Assembly (NCBI GenBank): GCA_963933215.1
Contig: CAWVSB010000007.1
Location: forward strand, 50,773 to 114,772
DNA: 64,000 bases
Direction: 5' to 3'
Origin: an uncultured Cellvibrionales bacterium
GTDB lineage: Bacteria; Pseudomonadota; Gammaproteobacteria; Pseudomonadales; CAWVSB01
The notes under the pieces are model-generated. The model saw only the letters and a program-made list of their open reading frames with translations, did no database searches and was not told where the DNA came from. A program made the translations under genes and the position numbers. Shown piece by piece: positions 45,690-54,400 of the stretch. Within the stretch, counting starts at the first letter, position 1. Each line of letters starts with the position of its first letter.

Positions 45690-47804
45690 TTAAAAGCTAA
45701 TTCTAACCCCAGCGACAATAGATCGCCCGGCTTCTGGCGCTTGGTCTCGTAAAACCGACACACTATTGCGAATTTCTTCGTCAGTCATATTTTTCACTTT
45801 TAAGAATACCAAAGCGTTTTGTCCGTCTTGCTTGCCAAAGCGGTAATCCATACCAGCATCCCAGCGGGTATAGCCATCAGTTTTGTTTTCAAACTCTCCT
45901 GGGTTGTCTTGGTCGGCGGCATTGAGTACTGAAAGGTAAGAGCCAAAAGCACCATTCTGATAACTTAGCTCTGAGCCAAACCGTAATGGCGGCAATAAAG
46001 GCACGTCCCCGCTGCTATCTAGCTCACCGGTTATAGCGTCACCAAATACGCGTAGTTCAACATCGCCACCCAATGCTTGGCCTAGTGCTGTGGTTACATC
46101 AAACTCTACACCATAAAATTTCGCATCTTCTTGGCGGAAGAAAAACACATCTGTTTCATCTTGTTCCATATTGCCATTAGCTAAATAGATGTAATCACTG
46201 AAGTCGTTGTAGTAAAACGTCAAGTAAGCATCAACCGTGTCACCATGGTAATCCAATGACAAATCTAGGTTATTCGATTGTTCATTAGATAAGTTACTGT
46301 CGCCTACTTCAATCCTGTTAGTTGCCGCATGCACAACATAGTCGCCTAAAGCATTGGTATTATTGGAATATAACTCTTCCACTACCGGCGCTCGTTCTGA
46401 CGAAGACAGTGCGGCACCAAAATGCCAGTTTTGTGAAAGTGTCCAACTACCGGCAACCGATGCACTAAAACTGTTAAACGACTCATCGCTACCAACATCG
46501 GCATCGTAATCATCAACGTCATAGCGTAAACCGAATTCATAAATGGCATCGTTATGGTGAAAATCTTCCACAATAAACACGCCATAGCTCTGGGTGTTAG
46601 TAGCCGGAATGAATGCTTCTTCGCCTACTGCGGCAAAGTCAGAATCTTCAAACTGTAAGCCGAATGCACCTACAAAGCCGTTGATATCACCATGAACAAG
46701 TTCTAAGCGGCCTTCCATGCTTTCGTTGGTAAATTTGGTACCTACTTCGCCATTACCTTCTATTTCTCGGTGTTGATAATCGTTGTAGGTTAGTGCAACC
46801 CGCATTTCATCAATGAAACCATCGATGTTGGTTAAGCCGCCACGAAGATCATAACGGGTTTGCTCGACATCAATGCGGATGTTTTCCTCGCCCCCTTCTT
46901 CATGCCCCTCGCCCTCATGCCCCTCGCCCTCATGTTCGTCCTCATCGTGATGTTCCTCATCTTCGTGCTCATCTTCATCATGATCTTCGTCTTCATCATC
47001 GTGATGGCCATGAGTGCCGGCAGGAATACCATAATTATTGGATAGCTCGCTAACAGCTAAACCAAAAAAGCCATTATCACCGACAAAACTGGCACCAAAA
47101 GTGAATGTGTCCATATCGGAGTCGGTGTTTTCAATCACATCTTTTTTACCTTCGGGGGTATCGAAGGCAGGGTTAGTAGCATAGCCAGGAATATTTATGT
47201 CATTGCTGTCGCGTTTTACGCCGTCAAGGTGGAAGGCAAAAGGACCACTACCACCTTCTATTTTTAATACCGCCGTAGTCTCATCATTCACATCCCCATA
47301 GCGAACTTCGCCAGCCCCGGTAAGGCCTTCAATTTGCTTAGTAGGAATTCGATTATCTATTACATTCACCACACCGCCGATGGCGCCGCCGCCGTATAAT
47401 AGCGTTGATGGCCCGCGAAGTACTTCTACCGATTCTGCCAACACAGGTTCAACACTCACCGCATGGTCAGCACTGTTATTGGAAGCATCACCGCTACCGG
47501 TACCATTTTGCAGTACAGAGACACGCGGTCCTTGTTGGCCACGGATAACAGGTTGTCCGACAGAGGGACCAAATGATGCATTAGCAATACCAGGCATACT
47601 GCCCAAGGTGTCACCAATAGAGTTGGTAGATAGGTTACGTAGTTCTTCACCGCTAACAACAGTAACGGGTAAAGCTGTTTCAGCTTGGGTTTTGTGTAGA
47701 ACGCCACTAACGATAATGTGTTCTAGTTGATTTTTTGCATAAACATTATTTGTAGATACAGCAGCGCATGCCACTGCTAGGCATATAGATTTACGAGCAA
47801 ACAT
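45690..47804 (-). CDS. TonB-dependent receptor with a His/Asp/Glu-rich insert (ZnuD-like metal receptor candidate)
   Basis: 704 aa with a signal peptide, a plug domain (SADHAVSVEP...VEVLRGPSTLLYGGGAIGGVVNVIDNRIP), a C-terminal F, and an AAGAGG RBS. Insert: GTHGHHDDEDEDHDEDEHEDEEHHDEDEHEGEGHEGEGHEEGGEE. Confidence 0.85.
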   Translation of the reverse strand: MFARKSICLAVACAAVSTNNVYAKNQLEHIIVSGVLHKTQAETALPVTVVSGEELRNLSTNSIGDTLGSMPGIANASFGPSVGQPVIRGQQGPRVSVLQNGTGSGDASNNSADHAVSVEPVLAESVEVLRGPSTLLYGGGAIGGVVNVIDNRIPTKQIEGLTGAGEVRYGDVNDETTAVLKIEGGSGPFAFHLDGVKRDSNDINIPGYATNPAFDTPEGKKDVIENTDSDMDTFTFGASFVGDNGFFGLAVSELSNNYGIPAGTHGHHDDEDEDHDEDEHEDEEHHDEDEHEGEGHEGEGHEEGGEENIRIDVEQTRYDLRGGLTNIDGFIDEMRVALTYNDYQHREIEGNGEVGTKFTNESMEGRLELVHGDINGFVGAFGLQFEDSDFAAVGEEAFIPATNTQSYGVFIVEDFHHNDAIYEFGLRYDVDDYDADVGSDESFNSFSASVAGSWTLSQNWHFGAALSSSERAPVVEELYSNNTNALGDYVVHAATNRIEVGDSNLSNEQSNNLDLSLDYHGDTVDAYLTFYYNDFSDYIYLANGNMEQDETDVFFFRQEDAKFYGVEFDVTTALGQALGGDVELRVFGDAITGELDSSGDVPLLPPLRFGSELSYQNGAFGSYLSVLNAADQDNPGEFENKTDGYTRWDAGMDYRFGKQDGQNALVFLKVKNMTDEEIRNSVSVLRDQAPEAGRSIVAGVRISF
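46884..47012 (-). repeat. Low-complexity His/Asp/Glu-coding tract, including a perfect 15-bp tandem duplication (46901-46930)
   Basis: CATGCCCCTCGCCCT occurs twice back to back. The surrounding sequence is CAT/CTC/TTC/GTC-rich on the plus strand. Confidence 0.9.
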
Positions 47805-47850
47805 AAGAAACCTCTTAAATTAAACAATAAAAAGAATGAATATTGAAAAA

Positions 47851-48141
47851 CTAAGAGATGCTAGGCGGGGCCCGAGATAAATAGATATTAGTAGATAGGT
47901 AGGTAACATGCTCACCGCTAACACGAGAAAAAGAGGTGCTAGTGGTAATAGATAGATCAAAATGAAACTCAGCGTTTATAGCTTGTGCTGTATGGCCGTA
48001 CACACAAACAACACAATGCCGCTGGTCACTGCTGTTGTCGTGCTCATGGCTAACTTCCCCAACGCTGGTAAGTAGCGTAGTGAGGGCAAGCAAGCCAATT
48101 AATAATATCGACCGTAAGTTCATGGTCGCGATCGTAGTCAT
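47851..48141 (-). CDS. Small secreted His/Cys-containing protein (HCxxC; DUF2946-like, tentative)
   Basis: ORF 47851..48159 with possible starts at TTG 48159, ATG 48141 or ATG 48123. Signal peptide MNLRSILLIGLLALTTLLTSVG is followed by SHEHD...RHCVVCVYGH. Lies 46 bp upstream of the receptor gene. Confidence 0.55.
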   Translation of the reverse strand: MTTIATMNLRSILLIGLLALTTLLTSVGEVSHEHDNSSDQRHCVVCVYGHTAQAINAEFHFDLSITTSTSFSRVSGEHVTYLSTNIYLSRAPPSIS

Positions 48142-48155
48142 AAAGAATGACAAAA

Positions 48156-48605
48156 TCAATAATTATATGTTGTTAGTTGTTGGCGCAAGGCCTCAACCCG
48201 CTTAGCATTTACCCCCATATCACCAATGCCAAGGCGCGATGAAGAGCGCACATGAATAAGCTGTTGTTGATTGATAAACAGTAATTGCAGGTCATCTTTA
48301 AATCCCAAGGTTGGTGTTGAGACCACAACGTGTAAAAAATTAGCGTCGTCAATCATCAGCACCCACCGCGCTTGGTTGCCAATCCATTGCTTTAATTCTA
48401 GCCACTGCTTTTGTGTGCTGGGCAATGGCTTGACATAGGATGAAGCGCTGTCATTTACACTGCTTGCACAATTAGGAAAGCTACCACAGGGAGCTACGTT
48501 TTCTGCCGCTGTCGGTTGTGTCGGCGGGCTTGTACAGGCACAAAGTAATAATGCTGCAGCTATTATTGCCGCACAAGTAATCGGTTGACGAACTAGATGC
48601 TGCAT
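48156..48605 (-). CDS. DUF1499 family lipoprotein
   Basis: 149 aa with the lipobox LLCAC, plus PNCASS, GFKDDL, VRSSSRLGIGDMGVNAKR, which match my recollection of the DUF1499 pattern. Confidence 0.7.
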   Translation of the reverse strand: MQHLVRQPITCAAIIAAALLLCACTSPPTQPTAAENVAPCGSFPNCASSVNDSASSYVKPLPSTQKQWLELKQWIGNQARWVLMIDDANFLHVVVSTPTLGFKDDLQLLFINQQQLIHVRSSSRLGIGDMGVNAKRVEALRQQLTTYNY

Positions 48606-48723
48606 CGTGACTTTCCTTGTGATAGCTTTTAACTATGACTAAATAGAAATAATATATTTTATTTATGTGTCTGCGTGCTTGATACTCACTTCATTCAAGC
48701 AATAATCACATTTGGAGGCTCTT

Positions 48724-49137
48724 ATGACAACTAGTATCAATGTACGTAATTACATGAATTTAAGACCAACAAAAGTAGTAAGCACTACCACCTTGGGAGA
48801 GCTTACCAAAATATTGGCTGATAACCATGTTAATGGTGCGCCGGTGGTTAACAGCAACAACGAAATAATTGGCTTTGTCTCAGAGCAAGACTGTATCAAG
48901 CAGTTGCTATTAGGCAGTTATCACTGTGATCAACCAGCTATAGTTGAAGATGTTATGAAGCGTGACGTAGTGAGCGTAAAGCCTGATGACAGCATTATCG
49001 ACTTGGCTGAAAAAATGGGAGATCACCAGCCGAAAACCTACCCAGTGACTGAAAACGGTAAGTTGGTAGGCGTATTGACTCGCCAACACGTGTTAGCAGG
49101 TTTAGAACAAAATCAACAACATTGCGGTGCTTGGTAG
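48724..49137 (+). CDS. CBS-pair domain protein
   Basis: ORF 48712..49137. The ATG at 48724 lies 5 nt after GGAGG. Two CBS motifs are present ([19 protein letters not shown] and [17 protein letters not shown]). Confidence 0.75.
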   Translation: MTTSINVRNYMNLRPTKVVSTTTLGELTKILADNHVNGAPVVNSNNEIIGFVSEQDCIKQLLLGSYHCDQPAIVEDVMKRDVVSVKPDDSIIDLAEKMGDHQPKTYPVTENGKLVGVLTRQHVLAGLEQNQQHCGAW

Positions 49138-49168
49138 CACCCTTACTAAAACTAAAGAGGAAAACACT

Positions 49169-49684
49169 ATGTCTAATACAGTCCCTAACGTTACGTTTAA
49201 AACCCGTGTTCGTGATGAATCCATTGGCGGCGACAATCCTTTTCGCTGGCAAGATAAAACGACTGCTGATATTTTTGCCGGTAAAAGCGTTGTTATCGTG
49301 GCATTACCGGGTGCGTTTACTCCAACTTGTTCAAGTACGCATTTACCCGGCTATGAAGCCAAATATGAAGAGCTGAAAGCCAAAGGCATTGATGAAGTAT
49401 ATTGTGTCAGCGTTAACGATGCGTTCTCAATGTATCAATGGTCTAAACAGCTAGGCGTCGACAAAGTAAAAATGCTACCTGATGGTAATGGCGACTTTAC
49501 CCGCGGCATGGGTATGCTGGTGAAGAAAGAAAACTTGGGCTTTGGTGATCGCTCATGGCGCTATTCAATGCATGTAGTTGATGGAGTGGTTCAATCTCAG
49601 TTTGCAGAAGCTGGGGTTATGGATAACTGCCCAGAAGATCCGTTTGAGGTTAGTGATGTTGATACTATGCTAGCTAGTCTGTAA
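49169..49684 (+). CDS. Peroxiredoxin, Prx5 subfamily
   Basis: ORF 49127..49684. The ATG at 49169 follows AAGAGG. The active-site motif is PGAFTPTCS. Confidence 0.85.
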   Translation: MSNTVPNVTFKTRVRDESIGGDNPFRWQDKTTADIFAGKSVVIVALPGAFTPTCSSTHLPGYEAKYEELKAKGIDEVYCVSVNDAFSMYQWSKQLGVDKVKMLPDGNGDFTRGMGMLVKKENLGFGDRSWRYSMHVVDGVVQSQFAEAGVMDNCPEDPFEVSDVDTMLASL

Positions 49685-49694
49685 TTTTTGTAAG

Positions 49695-49723
49695 CCCCCC
49701 GGTAGTTACTGGGGGGTAATTTG
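49695..49723 (+). terminator. Hairpin terminator after the peroxiredoxin gene
   Basis: CCCCCCGGTA / TACTGGGGGG (one G-U pair) with a 2-nt loop, followed by TAATTTG. Confidence 0.55.
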
Positions 49724-49821
49724 CCAGTGCTTACTGCTGACATAATGGACTTTTAATCACTTTACTCGTAATCTTCCTTGTCGCTTAAAGACCAATTAAT
49801 AAGCCGAACCTAGGAATTTAA

Positions 49822-51090
49822 ATGGCCTGTCAATCCGTACTCAATAAAATAAATACCTCTTTTGCTGATTTGTCTTTTATTAAAGATATCGCTATTCCTG
49901 CTGATCTTGAGCTAGCCACTAACTATGGCCAAGAAGCGTCAGCTGCCAGTGTCGGTGTTGCCAGCGAGCAAATGCAAAATGTATGGCAAGCGGTTGAAAA
50001 TTTGTATAAAACACGGATGTACAACATGGTCGGCTTTAGTTTGCGCAGGCAGGGCCAATTAATATTTAACCGCAGCTTAGGGATGGCCAGTGGGCAGTAT
50101 GGCGAGTTAGCAGCCAAAGCGGCGACAGTGGATACACCGGTATGTTTATTTTCTGCATCAAAGGTTATCTCTGCATTGCTATTGCTAAAACTCGAAGAAC
50201 TTGGCCAGTTAAGCATGCATCATACAATTAGCCATTACATTCCAAACTTTGGCGCCCATGGTAAAAAAGACTTAACCTTAGAAAATCTGGTTTCACATCG
50301 CGCTAAAGTCCCCACCTTAGAATTTGAAAACGCCGAGCAACTTACCGATCATGATTTGATCTTAAGTATGCTATGCGACCAAAAACCGCATAAGAAAAAG
50401 CAGGCTTATCATGCAGTAACCGGTGGTTTTATTGTTGGCGAAATTATTCAAATCGTCACTGGCCAATCAATTGAGAAGGCCTTAGATAAGTATTTTCGTA
50501 AGCCGCTTAAAATGAAGTATTTCACTTATGGTGTTGCCAAAAAATATCGTAATAAAGCAGCACAAAATCATTTTTCTGGCCTGCCATTACCGCATCCTAT
50601 TAGTAAGCTACCAAAATCAATTTTAGGTTTTGAGTTTGAAGAAGTAATAATCCGATCAAACGAAGAGCTGTTTCAATCATCTGCCTTGCCGTCTGCCAAT
50701 ATGTATGCAACCAGTGAAGAGTGCACGCGCTTTTATCAGATGATATTAAACGATGGCAGTTATGATGGCGTCGAAGTCTTAAAATCCGAGACAGTTAGAA
50801 AAGCACTTAAAGGTTATATTTTACCCGGTTTTGATAGCACTCTAAAAATACCCATGTCGTTTTCACGTGGTGGTTTTATGCTCAATCATAAATCTGTTCC
50901 GTTGTTTGGCCTTAAAGCAAAGCAGGCCTTCGGCCATTTAGGTTTTATGAATGTAATGAATTGGGCTGATCCAGAGCGAGAAATTTCGGTGGCTGTTATG
51001 ACGTCAGGTAAGCCTACAGTGGGCCCTCATCTTGCAAGTTTACTTAATGTCGGTAACACAATTACTAGAAATTTTTCTAAACTATCGTAG
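49822..51090 (+). CDS. Serine hydrolase, beta-lactamase/transpeptidase-like family (esterase or class C-like)
   Basis: 422 aa with the S-x-x-K motif (FSASKV) and no signal peptide. Confidence 0.7.
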   Translation: MACQSVLNKINTSFADLSFIKDIAIPADLELATNYGQEASAASVGVASEQMQNVWQAVENLYKTRMYNMVGFSLRRQGQLIFNRSLGMASGQYGELAAKAATVDTPVCLFSASKVISALLLLKLEELGQLSMHHTISHYIPNFGAHGKKDLTLENLVSHRAKVPTLEFENAEQLTDHDLILSMLCDQKPHKKKQAYHAVTGGFIVGEIIQIVTGQSIEKALDKYFRKPLKMKYFTYGVAKKYRNKAAQNHFSGLPLPHPISKLPKSILGFEFEEVIIRSNEELFQSSALPSANMYATSEECTRFYQMILNDGSYDGVEVLKSETVRKALKGYILPGFDSTLKIPMSFSRGGFMLNHKSVPLFGLKAKQAFGHLGFMNVMNWADPEREISVAVMTSGKPTVGPHLASLLNVGNTITRNFSKLS

Positions 51091-51107
51091 CGCTATTTGG
51101 CGATAGT

Positions 51108-51452
51108 CTATGGTAGTTCTTGGCAATTTATGACAGGTAAAGCCACTTTATTGTCCTTTTCAGCATGAATCAACACACATTGACTTTGTTCCAACCAAAG
51201 AGAAAAATTAGCAGGGGCAGTTAATTCTCGCCCGATCTGTGTGGTACGAAAAATACTAATCTCGTTGTGGAGGCTAAAGGCATTGTCAGCCAGCACCACC
51301 CTTTCTAGATACAGCATTTGAGCAATGGTGTTACTGATTACTTGCCTGTCTTGTTGACTATTAATAACTGCTGGCTTGCGAACGTTGTTTTGACAGCTAA
51401 GTACTACTCCAAGACAGCTAATAAAAATAAAAATTCTTATAATTACGCTCAT
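51108..51452 (-). CDS. Small hypothetical lipoprotein, translationally coupled to the S41 peptidase gene
   Basis: ORF 51108..51485. The internal ATG at 51452 overlaps the peptidase stop (TGATG). The signal and lipobox-like sequence is MSVIIRIFIFISCLGVVLSC. Confidence 0.5.
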   Translation of the reverse strand: MSVIIRIFIFISCLGVVLSCQNNVRKPAVINSQQDRQVISNTIAQMLYLERVVLADNAFSLHNEISIFRTTQIGRELTAPANFSLWLEQSQCVLIHAEKDNKVALPVINCQELP

Positions 51453-53068
51453 CAGAAAATATCCATAATACGATTTTGTAACCATAGTGGCTTAACAACC
51501 CCCCCACTATAGTTGGCGGGCTCGCTAGCACGGGCTTTTTCTGAGCCACCAGATTTACTACTACCGCTAGCCGATGGAGCAGGGCAAACACCTGTAGCGC
51601 GATATGACAAAGCAGCGGCTAGCCGTGCTTCGCTAGGATCACCGAGCTCGTGAGTATAGTCATCTGCTACGGCACAACCGGTGACGGGTACTCCGCTACT
51701 AGACAAAGAGTTACTAGGTCTAAATCCATCGGAATAAGCGCTGAAGCCTATATCATTTTCGCCGGCAAACTGAATACTGAAATAAGTCGTGCCGCAGTTA
51801 TCTTGTGGGTAAAAACCATAAGGTTTACCGCAGGTTGTGCCGCCGATAAGAATAGTTTCAAACCCGATTCCCTGCAGGCTATTGATGATGGCTTCGCTGG
51901 CAGAACAAGTATCTTCACCGGCGATAATATATACGCGAGATAGATTTAGTGTCGGTACTGCAGTGCCCGCGGGCAGCATCGATGATAAGCCTATAGTCTC
52001 TGATAAAAACAGCAATGGTTGCAGTAGCTCGTTGGTTATAGGGTTAAAGGTAGTATGTTTATCATTAAATATCAGGCTCTCAAATGCCTTACCGCTAGTG
52101 GGCGCGGTGCCTGCAATCATGTATGCAAGCTGGCTTGCTAGAGCCAGAAAACCACCGCCGTTATAGCGTAAATCAATAACTAGATCCGATATTCCGGCGC
52201 TACTTAAAGACTGTACTGCAACGCTAAGATCAAACTCTGCGGTGGCTATGTGGTCGTTAAACACTATATAACCCACATCGCCGGTTGCTGTTGTAATAGT
52301 TGTTGTAACTAATACTGGACTAGTGCTAATACTGGCTGTAGTTAGCGTTACTTTTCTAGAGGCCGTTGCCCCTGCATCAATAATAGTAAAGCTGTTAGAT
52401 TGCCCGTTAACACTAGGAAATAAACCGAGATTTAATGTGTTAATGCCTGCAGTAGTATTATCGTTAATAGCATCTACGCCGTTGACTGCGATGATTCTGT
52501 CGCCACGGGATAGACCATTTATGTCTGCAGTTGAACCGGGTTCAATGTAAGCCACCAGGATCTGACGCGGAGGTAAACTAGAGATGAGAGAGAAGGTGGC
52601 GCCATAACTAACCGATACGCCTGACTGGGAGAGGTCTAGCCATTCGTTTGTAGGATAAGTGAAATGAAATTTATCTTTAAGGTTACCAGAACTAGTGACA
52701 CCATTAGTTTTCAATACATCAAAGTAATCTAGAGTCGATAAGTAATCATTTGGATTTTGATCCACGATCTCACCGTACCACAAATATAAATCATTGCTCC
52801 AAGAGCGCAGCCAAAAGTTCTCAGCAAGTATTGAACCGCTGGCATCCGTATAAGCAGCACCGGTTTCAGGGTTAGTATTTGAGCGTGGATTTTCACATGA
52901 AGCTTCAAAGATACTTGCCGCTTTAAATAGACCATCGGTAAATGTAAGATCGCTAGTTACCGGCTCAGTGATAGCTGATGCTGGAGCGTCACTGCCACCA
53001 CTGCCACCACTGCCACCACTGCAGCCAGTAACAGCGAACAATAAAATCAGTATTAATGGGTGCTTCAT
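51452..53068 (-). CDS. S41 family (C-terminal processing type) peptidase lipoprotein with PDZ domain
   Basis: 538 aa with the lipobox VTGC followed by the (SGG)3 tether. PDZ-like RGDRIIAVNGVD, the S41 signature VIDLRYNGGG, and the putative nucleophile region DTCSASE. Confidence 0.75.
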   Translation of the reverse strand: MKHPLILILLFAVTGCSGGSGGSGGSDAPASAITEPVTSDLTFTDGLFKAASIFEASCENPRSNTNPETGAAYTDASGSILAENFWLRSWSNDLYLWYGEIVDQNPNDYLSTLDYFDVLKTNGVTSSGNLKDKFHFTYPTNEWLDLSQSGVSVSYGATFSLISSLPPRQILVAYIEPGSTADINGLSRGDRIIAVNGVDAINDNTTAGINTLNLGLFPSVNGQSNSFTIIDAGATASRKVTLTTASISTSPVLVTTTITTATGDVGYIVFNDHIATAEFDLSVAVQSLSSAGISDLVIDLRYNGGGFLALASQLAYMIAGTAPTSGKAFESLIFNDKHTTFNPITNELLQPLLFLSETIGLSSMLPAGTAVPTLNLSRVYIIAGEDTCSASEAIINSLQGIGFETILIGGTTCGKPYGFYPQDNCGTTYFSIQFAGENDIGFSAYSDGFRPSNSLSSSGVPVTGCAVADDYTHELGDPSEARLAAALSYRATGVCPAPSASGSSKSGGSEKARASEPANYSGGVVKPLWLQNRIMDIF

Positions 53069-53096
53069 AACAGAGTAAACCCTTTGATTTTAATTG

Positions 53097-53831
53097 TTAA
53101 TAAGTTTGAATCATCGCAAGCTCTGTTTCAATCCATTGCTGAGACATAGCCGTAATCTCGCGCGCAGACCTTCCATCAGTTTTAATTGGTTGGCCAATAC
53201 TAACAACAATCGTACCAGGCTGTTTGGTGAAAGATCTAGCAGGCCAATGGCTGCCAGCGTTGTGAGCGACGGGTATAACATCGACTCCGGCTGCTTTGGC
53301 AATACCCGCGCCTCCTCTAGCATACTTTGTTTTAGCGCCAGGTAATTTACGTGAGCCTTCAGGAAATATTAGCACCGACATTCCATCGCTTAAGCGGGCT
53401 TGGCCTTGGCGCATCATTTGCCGCAATGCTTCCCGTGGTGAGCTACGGTCTATGGCGATGGGTCTCATCAGGCGCAATGCCCAGCCAAACGCAGGAATTC
53501 TAAACAGCTCGCGCTTTAACACTGTTGTCACTGGGCGAAAATAGAGTTGAAAAAAATAAGTTTCCCATGCCGATTGATGGTTAGCTAAGATAAGTACCGG
53601 TTTCCCGCTTACATTTTCGGCGCCGCGGACTTCAATTGTTACCCCGCAACTGAGACAAAACCACCAAACAGTGAAACGATTCCACAGTAGTATATATTTA
53701 GAGACTACCTTATAGGGCAGCCAGAATAAAAATAGCCCTGCGCTAATGCCAATAAAAGCGGTCGCCAAAACATAACCGACAACAAAAATGGTACTTCTTA
53801 TCAGCCGCTCTAATTGTCGTAGTAAGTTCAT
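53097..53831 (-). CDS. plsC: 1-acyl-sn-glycerol-3-phosphate acyltransferase
   Basis: 244 aa with the NHQSAWE and FPEGSR acyltransferase motifs. ATGA overlap with gmhB. Confidence 0.85.
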   Translation of the reverse strand: MNLLRQLERLIRSTIFVVGYVLATAFIGISAGLFLFWLPYKVVSKYILLWNRFTVWWFCLSCGVTIEVRGAENVSGKPVLILANHQSAWETYFFQLYFRPVTTVLKRELFRIPAFGWALRLMRPIAIDRSSPREALRQMMRQGQARLSDGMSVLIFPEGSRKLPGAKTKYARGGAGIAKAAGVDVIPVAHNAGSHWPARSFTKQPGTIVVSIGQPIKTDGRSAREITAMSQQWIETELAMIQTY

Positions 53832-54385
53832 GAACTATCCGTGGTGAGGTAATTGGCTACCGCCATAAGATCATCAAATATTTTGGTGGTGCGCAGCTTG
53901 GGATCCGTTTGGTCGGCAAGTGTAGCAGCGGTCTTTTGTCCCTTGCCAGTTCTTACCAGCAAGGGTGTGCAGTCTTTCGCAATTCCGGCTTGTAAGTCAC
54001 GTAAGCTGTCGCCAACCATGGGGCAGCCTGCGACGCTGCGGTTGGTATAGTTTTCAATTTGGTCTAATAAACCTGCTAACGGTTTGCGGCAAGCACAGGC
54101 ATCGATTGGCGAGTGGGGGCAATAAAAAATACCGCTTATATGGCCACCGGCTTGTTCAACTAAGTCGGTCATTTTCTTATGCATGGCATCCAAATCAGTT
54201 TGGTTGAAATAGCCCCGACCCAAACCCGATTGATTAGTGGCGATAAAAACCTTAAAACCATGCTGGCATAATTTACCAATGGCATCCAAGCTGTTAGCTA
54301 TGGGCAGCCATTCTTGTGCATTCTTTACATAGGCGTCGGAGTCTTGATTAATGACTCCGTCGCGATCAAGAATGATAATTTTCAT
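53828..54385 (-). CDS. gmhB: D-glycero-beta-D-manno-heptose-1,7-bisphosphate 7-phosphatase
   Basis: 185 aa with the HAD motif LDRDGVIN and the Cys cluster C..H....C.CRKP. Confidence 0.85.
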   Translation of the reverse strand: MKIIILDRDGVINQDSDAYVKNAQEWLPIANSLDAIGKLCQHGFKVFIATNQSGLGRGYFNQTDLDAMHKKMTDLVEQAGGHISGIFYCPHSPIDACACRKPLAGLLDQIENYTNRSVAGCPMVGDSLRDLQAGIAKDCTPLLVRTGKGQKTAATLADQTDPKLRTTKIFDDLMAVANYLTTDSS

Positions 54386-54400
54386 GCTTAGCTTACTAAC

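Noticed and set aside
48606-48711. A search for a Zur or Fur box in the divergent promoter region between the DUF1499 operon and the CBS gene.
   Set aside because: I found only weak, short inverted repeats (ATAG-N7-CTAT) and a partial Fur-like AATAATCACATT. Nothing is good enough to call without a matrix scan.
49086-49095. The palindrome AACACGTGTT inside the CBS gene. Other CACGTG cores occur at 16040, 39610, 50868 and 60128.
   Set aside because: The flanks do not match the parS arms (TGTTC/GAACA). Only the central hexamer is shared.
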